From Octopus vulgaris (lineage: Eukaryota): a DNA stretch of 64,000 bases. The notes below the pieces were generated by a model. The model saw nothing but the letters and a program-made list of their open reading frames with translations, did no database searches and was not told where the DNA came from. How positions within the stretch are numbered: the first letter of the stretch is position 1; each line of letters opens with the position of its first letter. The position numbers were made by a program, and so were the translations under genes. Location: positions 12,214,001 to 12,278,000 of the forward strand of contig OX597826.1 in NCBI GenBank assembly GCA_951406725.2, in the 5' to 3' direction. Shown here piece after piece: positions 53,985 to 64,000 of the stretch.

Positions 53985-54315
53985 ATAGCTAACTGGAACT
54001 CCGTCGATTACGGCGATGAGGGTTCTAGTTGACCCGATTAACAGAACTGCCTGCTAGTGAAATTAAGAGTAAGTGGATCAGAACTCTACAGACACGTGTA
54101 CCCTTAACGTAGTTCTCAGGGAGATTCAGCACGACAGAGTGTGACAAGGCTGTCCGTTTGAAATATAGGTACTACTCACTTTTGCCAGCAGAAGGCCTCG
54201 AACAACGTGAAATAAAGTGTCTTGCTGAAGGACACAACGCGTCGCCAGGAATTGAACTTGCCACCATGCGATCGTGAGCCGAATACCCCAACCAGTAATC
54301 CACGCACCTTCACAT
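53985..54315 (-). mobile_element. SINE family D (different tRNA head plus CORE-like segment) with tail type 2
   Basis: Minus strand GTTGTGTCCTTCAGCAAGACACTT is followed by the same tail as 28540-28720; TSD TGTCCTTGGTT at 53974-53984 and 54316-54326. Confidence 0.85.
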
Positions 54316-54393
54316 TGTCCTTGGTTGTACGTTATACATGACAATATGCAGATGAGTTAGGGATACAATAGGATATCTGCGTGAAGAAAGATA

Positions 54394-54650
54394 ACGATAA
54401 AAACGTCTCCATTTTCAAGCCTAGCCAGACTCATGGGCCCGGTTTCCCGGTTTCTGTGGCGTATGTGTTCCCCCCAGCTGGACGAGACGCCAGCCCATCG
54501 CAGAGTTACTCAAGAAAGAGGAAGAAAGAGTGAGAGAAAGTTGTGGCGAAAGGGTACAACAGGGGCCGCCACCACCCCCTACCAGAGCCTCGTGGAGCTT
54601 TTAGGTGTTTTCGCTCGATAAACACACACAACGCCCGGTCTGGGAACACA
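54394..54650 (-). mobile_element. SINE family C, 5'-truncated, tail type 3
   Basis: Matches the 46895 copy; TSD GTGAAGAAAGATA at 54381-54393 and 54651-54663. Confidence 0.85.
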
Positions 54651-55454
54651 GTGAAGAAAGATAGTCAACATTAATTAAAGAATATCAAATTGGTGGTAAA
54701 ATTTTATTGAATTTTAAAATCATAATAACAGTTTATAGACGAATCCTTTAAGAATATATATTATATCGATATAAATCTCCGAATTCCCAAATTTTATTTC
54801 GCTGTTTATATAATCTCAACGAACTGAAGATTATATTGGACGGTTTTCACTAAAATATAAACTCATATAAAAACGTTTTCAAAATTCGTAAATATAGGTT
54901 ATATTTTAGATAAGAATACACACATTAATTTTCTCCCCTCTCTCCTTCTCGTTGACCATAACACACACTCTCTCTCTCTGCTTGTCTCTCCTCTCTCTGC
55001 TTGACTCTCCTTCTCTCTCTGTCTGCCTGCCTCTGTCTCCATCTCCCTCTCTTACTTCCCCTCTCTCCATCGGTAATACTAGCTGTCATTTCCAATATGA
55101 CCTTCCACCTAAACGTCCGCAACTTGCGTATTAATGACGCAATATCTATCAGTTGTCTCTAACTACAGTTTAGCAATCGTCATCAGCTTCTCGACTGTCA
55201 ATAATTTGTTGCATGATTTGAATATAATTTTAACTCACTCATCATTTCAACGTTAGACTTAATACACTTTACAGCGTGTTCGATGTGGCCGGCGGTTAAT
55301 AGTATCAATTTTTAATTTCTCAGTTCGTTTTGTGCTGGTTTCTGTAGAATTACTAAATAAAACTATTTTACATGTGATGTTCTTTTCTGAAGTGGCTCTC
55401 ATTAGTTTCTTAATCAAATGTATTAAAGATAAATCCATTATTACTTAGAGAGGA

Positions 55455-56310
55455 TCAAAGCCTCAGGTTTAGCAGGGGGTAACATTAACTACATTAATAT
55501 CAGTATTTGACATGTAGTTTATTTTATCAAATCTTGGACAACAGAAGCAAAATTTCACCTCTGCGGGATTTGAATTCAGTTCGAATAACTATTTCTTTAT
55601 TACCCACAAGGGGCTAAACACAGAGGGGGCAAACAAGGACGGACAAAGGGGTTAAGTCGATTACATCGATCCCAATGCGTAACTGGTACTTAATTTATCA
55701 ACCCCGAAAGGATGAAAGGCAAAGTCGACTTCGGCGGAATTTGAACTTAGAACGTAACGGCAGACAAAATACCTATTTCTTTACTACCCACAAGGGGCTA
55801 AACATAGTGTGGAAAAACAAGGACAGACAAAGGGGTTAAGTCGATTACATCGATCCCAGTGCGTAACTGGTACTTAATTTATCGACCCCGAAAGGATGAA
55901 AGGCAAAGTCGAAATCGGTGGAATTTGAACTCAGAACATAAAGACAGACGAAATACCGCTAAGCATTTCGCCCGGCGTGCTAACGCATCTGCCAGCTCGA
56001 ATACCGCAGCACGTTCTAACAAGTCGGGTAATCTGATAATCTATTAAGAACATAAATACTTCCATTTCACGACTATATTGTATGAACCTGTGAAGGCAGC
56101 AAGCTGGAAGAATCGTTAGCATGACGAGCAAAATGCTTAGCGACATTCCGACCCTCTTTACGCTGAGAGTTCCTGTTCCGTCGAGGTCTTCTTTACATTT
56201 CATCCTCTCGGGGTAGATAAAATAGGTACCAGTTCAGTATTGGGGTCGATTTAAGCGATTTAACCCCTCTCCCAAAATTGTTTTCCTTATGCTAAAATTT
56301 GAAACCAATA
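55455..56310. mobile_element. SINE family B cluster (minus multimer ~55455-55999; plus monomer ~56093-56310)
   Basis: Two well-preserved tandem units at 55588-55999, a diverged unit to their left, and an oppositely oriented copy. Confidence 0.88.
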
Positions 56311-57300
56311 TTATATAGATTTGTTTCAGTACAATGGTGAGACATTGTCCGCCACTGGAGCACGTGAAAACTTGAAATATGTCAAAAGATAGGGCTAAAA
56401 TTCGAAATAAATCTTTAAAGAATATCGTGGAATAAATGAGCCCCACTAAATATGGTATTGGTCATGGAAGCATTTCAGAAATAGTAAATTATGTTCCTCT
56501 CAATCGTTCTTCATTTCGTTCTTGAGTGGCAACATCGAACTATGCTTTGGCATAAACTAATACAAATAGAATTTATCTTTATATAGTAACTTTGAAGCAG
56601 AACTAGATTTGTTTTCCATATCATATAAATGAAAAATATCAAAAGTTACAAAATTGTATATAGAAATTAACTATCGCCATAATTAACTATCTTGTGTGGA
56701 ATTATAAAAAAATATATTTAGTAAAAATACTGTTTGATTACTTTTTAATTTACCTGCGGTCAGTGTAATCTTACAGCGAGGAAGTGATACAAAATTTATA
56801 AAGAATCACATAAAAACACTCCACATCAATGACACTATTTTATAATGTTATGTCATGTATGTTTCCTTTAGTTGAACATAATCCGTTGGCGAATAACAAT
56901 ATCACTCTATATACACATAAATTATGCTTTACAAATCGGCACTGTCCAGACATATTGCCCTCCATCTCTCTTCCTTGGTTATTTTTTAACGGCTATTGTC
57001 ATTGTCAGGTTGTTAATGCTTTGGATTTTCAGAAAGCGTGTATAGGAAATCCTGTTATACCTACGACAATGTATGCAGCAAGAAGCGTATTTTATGGTTA
57101 GTAACTTATCTAATAAAGTACCATCACTGATTAGAGGATATTGATACAGAGAACACACTAATAGATTATTTAATTCTTTTAATCTCGTTTGATATTATTA
57201 ATCTTAACGAGTATTCCCCTTTTCAAGTTGCTTTGGCACACTTTGTTAAACCCAATTTTATTTCTCCGGTAAATTTATGCACTGCCTGTAATAATGTTGC

Positions 57301-57329
<29 letters not shown>

Positions 57330-57331
<2 letters not shown>

Positions 57332-57512
57332 CCGGCAAAATCCTTGGATGCATTTCCTGCTTCATTATGTTCGGAGTTCAAATTCCACCGAGTTCGACTT
57401 TGCCTTTCATCGTTTTAGGGTTGAGAAAATAGGTACCAATTAGACACTGGAGCCGATATAATCAACTTTAACCCTACCATAAATTGCTGACCTTGTGCCA
57501 AAAATTGAAATT
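57330..57512 (+). mobile_element. SINE family B, diverged
   Basis: ggagttcaaattccaccgagttcgactttgcctttcatc...ccttgtgccaaaaattgaaa. Confidence 0.7.
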
Positions 57513-57544
57513 TATTTTTATTGTTATTATTAGTTTTTTTTTTT

Positions 57545-58616
57545 TTTACTTCTCAGAGCGCTCTGTCCTATTTACTGTTGTTGATTCTGAGAAAGGGGAC
57601 AGCAGCCTGTTTTCAGAGGTCTCACAGGATCTCTTTCCGCACATTATAAGTTTTGATTCTTGGTTGTTAATTATCGTGGAAGACATTCAACATCCAAGTG
57701 CTAATTTCAAAATCTTGGCTGTTCCCAGCAGAGCAGCTTTTGGGGCTTGCTCTGCTCTCGTTTCAATTCCAACTTCTCTGACATATTTCTCGAACTTGAC
57801 TGTTAGTGCTCCGAGTGCCCCTAAAACTATTGGGATGACAAATAGTCTCCTCATAGTCCACATTCTTGCGATTTCGTCTTTTCATAGTCTGTACTTTTCA
57901 ATCTTTACTAGTTTCTTGTCGCTTCAACATGTATCCACAGGTATTGCAAAGTCTATACTTTTGGTTTCCTTTCTTCCTTTATCTACCACAACAGCATCTG
58001 GTCTCCGAGCATCGATTAGGGAGTCACATTGGATTGCAAAATCTCACAGTATCTTACCATCATTGTTCTCAGTTAATCCTTCTGCTTCATGTTCGTACCA
58101 TTTCTGTGCTCTGTCCAGGCCGTATTTTTCACATGGCTTCCAGTGAACAAACTTATCCACGTTAACGTGCCTCCTTTTGTACTGCTTTTGGTTCAGCTTG
58201 CTACACTCACTAACAATATGCGAGATTCTTTCATTTTTGCTGCCGCACATCCTACAAAGGGGCGATTCGTTGCTCTTATCTATTGAGAACTTGGTGTAAT
58301 TAGTTTTCAAAGCTTGTACCAATGCCTCAGTGCATCCTTTCAGATAAATTTCTCTTAGCCATCACCAAGTGTTGGTCTTGTCTTTTCCTTCGATTTCTCT
58401 GAGGTATTCTCTTTACTCGTTTCAGTCCTTTGACTGCGGCCATGCTGGAGCACCGCCTTTAATCGAGCAACTCGATCCCGGGACTTATTGTTTTGTAAGC
58501 TCAGTACTTATTCTATCGGTCTGTTTTGCCGAACCGCTAAGTAACAGGGACATAAACACACCAGCATCGGTTGTCAAGCAATGCTAGGGGGACAAACACA
58601 GATACACAAACACACA

Positions 58617-58684
<68 letters not shown>

Positions 58685-59870
58685 CGACGGGCTTCTTTCA
58701 GTTTCCGTCTACCAAATCCACTCACAAGGCTTTGGTCGGCCCGAGGCTATAGTAGAAGACACTTGCCCAAGATGCCACGCAGTGGGACTGAACCCGGAAC
58801 CATGTGGTTGGTAAACAAGCTACTTACCACACAGCCACTCCTGCGCCTATTTGCCCTTGCAGAGATTTTATTTTCTAATTGCTGATTCTTCCTTCTTAAC
58901 CTTGTTTCTTAAATGTTTGTGGATGCATCACACTTTCGTTAGGTATTGTATTGTTAATTCTAACAGCAGCAAGCAAGGATTCATTTTGCTGTTTGATGTA
59001 CCAACCCAAACCGTTCTTCTCATTGACAACACAGATCCTACCTCCCACGGGCTTCTTCATATCTTGTTTCTAGGCACATACAGCCTGTCAGTATCACTTT
59101 TCTGGTGTAGTTCCTTGTTAACTGTCATCATAAGTCTGATTTTCCTGTCCATTTCCTTAAACATGTAGCTGTTCACAACTAGTGAGCTAAGGTAACACCC
59201 CTTATTTTTCGAGCATCATCCGAAGTATTCGAGCGATTCCTTCATTCTTTGGTCGTATCTTACCATCTTTGCTTTCTTTAAACGAAGCGCTGTTTCAGTT
59301 CCTCCATTACCACTTTCAGGCCATTTCTTTCAATATCATACTTTCTGTTCAGTGCCCTGTATTTTTGTATGCTTATAAGCCCCCTCTCCTCTTTTCGGTC
59401 TAACACAGAAATGTCCTTGGAGAGCATGTCTAACCCCGTCTGTATTCTTCATTTCCACCATGGATATTTTCTTTTGTCACTTCCATTACTTGCTTTTTCT
59501 TCACATCAACATCCACATTTTCTGCTACAACAATACTTGCTGCCTTGATCAAATTGTTTCTTTGATTTGATGTATTTTTGTTCTGATGTATTTCAGAATT
59601 TCATTGAAATTTTCCATTTCTTGGTTCAATTTCCACCGATGAACCTTATAAATAATGTCGCTATCGTTCTCCTCTAGTCTTGCCTTCATTCTGTCGTAGA
59701 TTCCAGTTCTGTTTAGGATGTCAGATAAATGTGTCAGTGCCAAGCAGAAAATGTGTGGAAAGAGCGTGTCTCCCTGGAATATTCCTCTTCTAATGGGGAT
59801 GGGTTTGTTTTCTATGAGTCCCTCTTTTGTCTGGAGCTGTAGCACTGTCTGCCATTTATGCATGGAATGT
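57545..59870 (-). mobile_element. R4/Dong-like non-LTR retrotransposon remnant (RT, CCHC, restriction-like endonuclease), rearranged
   Basis: IPIRRGIFQGDTLFPHIFCLAL (59700-59870); MDRKIRLMMTVNKELHQKSDTDRLYVPR (~59070-59160); CRMCGSKNERISHIVSEC, RRPDAVVVDK..IDFAIP, EKY, IPIVLGALG, KAALLGTAKIL* (58322-57687); A-rich/(TAA) tail. Confidence 0.9.
58408..58847 (-). mobile_element. SINE family A, full length, nested in the R4/Dong remnant
   Basis: Complete head-to-tail match to family A. Confidence 0.93.
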
Positions 59871-59971
59871 GTTATGTATTTTATTATTGTCACTATTTTT
59901 GTTGTTGTTGTTATTATTATTATAATCATTATTATTTGTTATATATTTTATTATTATTATTATTATTATTT

Positions 59972-60182
59972 AGGCAGTGAGCTGGTAGAATCTTAAATAA
60001 GTGGGCAAAATGCTTAGCAGCATTTCTTCCGTCTTCACGTCCCGAGTTCGAATTCCATTGAAGTCGACTTCGCATTTCATCCTTTTGGGTTCGATAAAAT
60101 AAGTACCACTCAAACACTGGGTTAATATAATCGACTTAGACCTACTCCTGAAATTACTAGCCTTGTGCCAAAGCTTAAAACT
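59972..60182 (+). mobile_element. SINE family B monomer, diverged
   Basis: Head, core and tail recognisable; sits in an (ATT)n tract. Confidence 0.78.
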
Positions 60183-60789
60183 ATTATTATTGATCATATT
60201 ATTATTATTATTTTTAATAGTACGGAAACTCTGACGAGAAGGAAACTATTTGGGTGGGGGGCTACGTATTATAAGAAACCTTGTAAAACATTAGGCAGAC
60301 GGTGGTTTGCAAAAGAATGTAAATAAAGAATACTGGCTTTGATTTTTATACAACCTGGACTAAGCACCTTTATGATTTTCCTTCTATAGTTAATGAAAGT
60401 GCTTTGAGATACGAAGCCTAATGCCTGGAGCAATAAACTTTCGAATCGATTATCGAATATATTTTCTCTAACAGACAGGAATATAATGGAAAAGTGAGTT
60501 ATTCTGGCTGATAAAAATAACTGGCTAACTTTCTCTCGAATTAGTGAAGACATTAGCAGAAGACGAACACTTCATGTAATGTTCTAATGTATTTCCTTTA
60601 GGTATTAGAAAACTACTATATTTTTACTTTCCAACTGTGTTTAATAATAATAAAAACACTCATTACAAACAAAACCGGATACAAACTAATGTACAATACA
60701 ACTAACCACACTTACACAAAGAAACACACAGACACACACACACCTGAATGTGTATGCATATGTAAGTGTGCATCATTTTTTTAATCTTT

Positions 60790-61110
60790 TATTTGTTTTA
60801 ATTATTAGACTGCGGCCAAGCTGTATCATCGTCTTCCAGAGATTTTAGTCCGATGGATCGTTCCCAGTATTTTCTGTTTTGTTTTATTTAAGCCTGGTAC
60901 TTCTCCATCGGTTCTTTCTGGCAAACTGCTGAGTTGCGGAGACTTCAAGAACCCAGTGCCGGGCCTCAAGCGGTGGTGGGAGACAAAGATAGATACAAAG
61001 ACACCCCCACCACACACACACATATAGGATGGGCTTCTGTCAGTTTCCGTCTAACAAATCCACCCACAAGGATTTGGTCGGCCCGAAGCTATAGTAAAAG
61101 ACATTTGCCT
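60790..61110 (-). mobile_element. SINE family A, diverged
   Basis: cagtttccgtctaacaaatccacccacaagg...gctatagtaaaagacatttgcc. Confidence 0.75.
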
Positions 61111-61129
61111 ATTGTACCATACATATATG

Positions 61130-61160
<31 letters not shown>

Positions 61161-61161
61161 A

Positions 61162-61203
<42 letters not shown>

Positions 61204-61265
61204 CATAAGCATATATGTATATATATTTATGTATTTATGTATGTATATTCATGCATGTATGTATG

Positions 61266-61296
<31 letters not shown>

Positions 61297-61303
61297 TTAT
61301 ATG

Positions 61304-61358
<55 letters not shown>

Positions 61359-61794
61359 ACTTATGTACGTTTATACATACATATTAGCGTGTACCTTTTT
61401 GTGTTAGTGAATGTACGGATATAACCTTAGTAGTCATTATTATCTGCCGCAAAATGGCTGGTTTATCCTCTGTGGAAGCGGAGATAATTTCAATAAATCC
61501 AGAATTTATCTCGTATGTTATATGATATATTCCTATTCTCTTCACTGTTCAAAATTGTGCTACTGGCAAATTCCGAGGTATTTCTCTCATCTCAATTTCG
61601 TTTTATTTATGTAAAGCACAGTTGGCTATAGATGTGTTCTACTCTGTGCATATGTCTAAGTGCCTCGCATGAGGAAGAGAATGTAGAGCAATTACCGCTT
61701 TGATAATCCTTTTTGAAACAGAACTACACGTCCAAATTAGTCTTCTGTGAATAATGACTAAAACTGTCTTTTCATTAATGACATAGTCCTTTTT

Positions 61795-62190
61795 TTTACT
61801 GTTTTACTTGTTTTAGTAATTTCACTGCGGCCATGCTGAAGCACCACCTTTAGTCGAGCAAATCGACTCCAGGCTCCTTGTAAGCCTAGTACTTATTCTA
61901 TCGGTCTCTTTTGCCGAACCGCTAAGTTACGGGGACGTAAACACACCACCAGTTTGGGGGGAAAAACTCAGACACACATACATATGTCCACGTGATTCTG
62001 TGATAAAACTTTCTTCAATAGGCAAAAGGTTTGAAAGTCCTGGGAGTATGGTGACTAGTAGTTTACATCAAATGGTATTTATTTTATCGATCTCTAATGA
62101 ATGAAAGGCAAAGTAGGCTTAAGTGGAATTTGAACTCAGTACAGAAGACCAAAACTAATGCCGCTAAGTATTTGGTCCGGGGTGCTAATG
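61795..62190 (-). mobile_element. SINE A 3' half (61795-61980) and diverged SINE B (62040-62190)
   Basis: Reverse-complement similarity to both families. Confidence 0.75.
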
Positions 62191-62194
62191 CTTC

Positions 62195-62595
62195 ATGACA
62201 CGTGGGTGACCTATAATCGATGTGATATCTTACGTATCGTGAAACCCAAGTATCTCCAAACTGCGATGGTCTTTGGGTGTAATTCCAGTGATGATGACAT
62301 CTGCCGCCTCACGTCCTTGACCAGGGCCTTACGCTCAATTCAGACGGCTCTGTTAAGCTACTGGAGAGTCTATTCAAATCCTGGCTGGAGATGATTACTG
62401 CTGGAAGACCATATGTGTGTCAGTAGGATCCAGTTCCTTGCACTCAGAAATGATTGCCGGATTATTTATGTGCCTTCACTAGCCCAAATTTCTGGCCTCC
62501 TAATTCCTCTGATTGTGATCCCATGGATAATTATGTGTGGGGTGTATTTGAGAAAGACATCAACTGCTTTGCATGTAAAACGAACGCCGAGCAGG
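62195..62595 (+). pseudogene. Mariner-like DDxD transposase fragment (maT/DD37D-like)
   Basis: VKPKYLQTAMVFGCNSSDDD / PPHVLDQGLTLNSDGSVKLLESLFKSWLEMITAGRPYVCQ*DPVPC...FWPPNSSDCDPMDNYVWG. The D-D spacing is 32 here, with an apparent 5-codon deletion after PC. Confidence 0.8.
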
Positions 62596-63096
62596 TAACA
62601 TATGCATGTAGGGACATATACCTGTATGTGTATGCACATATGTATATACGTATGTGTATGCGTGTTTCGGTACATAAGTATTTATGTATATATATATATA
62701 TATACATATATATGAGCGTCAATAATACTTTAATTGTTCCACGTCTTCGCGTTGCTGTGTTTTGTTAATCAGAATTATGAGACAAGTAATTTATTAATTT
62801 TTAAATTATTGGTAGTATTATATTGGATTTTTGTAATAAGGAAAATATGAATTGAATCGATATGATATAATGTAGTGCTTCCTTCCTTGGAATCCTGGCA
62901 AAGTTCAGTGGAGTCAGAGTTACGTTTGGGAATTACGGGCTGGTACAAACTCAATAAAGTAGCTGACATGTTCAATGAAATGAATCACACAACTACCACT
63001 CTTTTTTCTTCTTAATACTTTCTATCGCAGTTTGCAATTCTTCAAAATTTGAACACAAAAACATACATACACCAACATATACACAAGGCATCTTAC

Positions 63097-63103
63097 GTTC
63101 CAT
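63097..63103 (-). other. Candidate start codon plus splice donor (end of a putative first coding exon)
   Basis: cctgtcataATGGAAC|gtaagat: good Kozak context and donor at the end of ~800 bp of unique non-repeat sequence. No downstream exon confirmed. Confidence 0.25.
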
Positions 63104-63924
63104 TATGACAGGAAAAAGTTATTCCTTTGACATTTCGATGGTAACTTAACATTAATGAATAAAGTATGAAGTTGGCACTGGAATGTCGTTTGTGAATTAA
63201 GTTGACGTTCAAGCATCCGGCGATAATCTTTAAGGGCAATAGCCTGTGTTGCTTCCTTGAACATATTGGACGTCGTTTTAATGTTGCTGAATGGCAAGCA
63301 AATTGGAGAAATGCTGGCTGCCAAATGTGATGTATTCTACCTTGGAGATATAATTTAAGCCAACATTTGGTGAACACAAACAGCTATGAAGTAAAAGCAA
63401 ATATTTTACTTTGCAAAGAGACTACTAGTGACTTCTGTGGAAAACTTAATCGGTGCGTGATAAATACTTGGCGTGAATAAAATTTCCAACCATTTCCACT
63501 ATCAAAGAGGTGTTGTAGAAGGATGACATGCTGGTGTACATTGTGCAGTTTTAGAGACTGTAGAATGATATCGAAAATAGGTTAGACCCATTTCGAACAA
63601 ATGAAGATGTCATCAATTTACAAGAAAGCCTCGTTGTGTTACAGAGTAATCAAACTCCACGAGATAATTTAATTATTGGTTCAATAATTTATGGAGAAAT
63701 AATGAAATTGCTAGGGAATTACCATCGTGTTACACAGGGAGCAAAACAACATTTCTTTGCCTATCCTACTTTTTAGCTATTTGAGCCACGTTCTAGCCAA
63801 GTGACTTTGCTACCATCCAAAACTAAAATTCCCTTAAAAATTGCAGGAAGAAGCGATCTTTATTTGTCTCTAGCAACTCTGGATGCTAATACTGAAAATC
63901 TTTGAAAATTGCATCAGTTGCAAA

Positions 63925-64000
63925 GGATCTTTTCGGTTTGAACGGCAGTTTTTAACATAATTTCTAGGTAACTAAAAAAATTTAAACTTCATATACTGGT
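63925..64000. mobile_element. Second copy of the GGATCTTTTC MITE, cut by the window end
   Basis: Near-identical to 50975-51050. Confidence 0.9.

Noticed and set aside
57484-58146. 220-aa plus-strand ORF
   Set aside because: Antisense shadow of the R4/Dong-like RLE domain on the minus strand.

Overview
AT-rich, microsatellite-saturated eukaryotic non-coding DNA (intergenic or very large introns). The tRNA-derived SINE families and repeat landscape resemble Octopus or another coleoid cephalopod; this is inferred from family resemblance, not from a database search. I can support no intact protein-coding gene, rRNA, tRNA or CRISPR array, and nearly all long ORFs in the track are microsatellite read-throughs. 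The window is a mobile-element graveyard. It holds about 30 SINE copies (working labels A, B, C, D), a full-length but dead Tc1-type transposon with DD36E spacing, a maT-like fragment, an internally deleted Gypsy LTR element, R4/Dong-like, RTE and L1/Tx1-like LINE remnants, Penelope-like remnants with minimal hammerhead ribozyme motifs, a non-autonomous Helitron, MITEs and several foldback or palindromic structures. A few weak minus-strand exon candidates exist. The most interesting observations are module-swapped SINEs each bounded by its own TSD, the DD36E element, the hammerhead motifs, an in-frame fusion of two different GIY-YIG halves, and a MITE flanked by a 45-bp duplication. I did not find convincing evidence of a wholly new biological system. 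Boundaries of degenerate repeats are approximate (about 10-30 bp).
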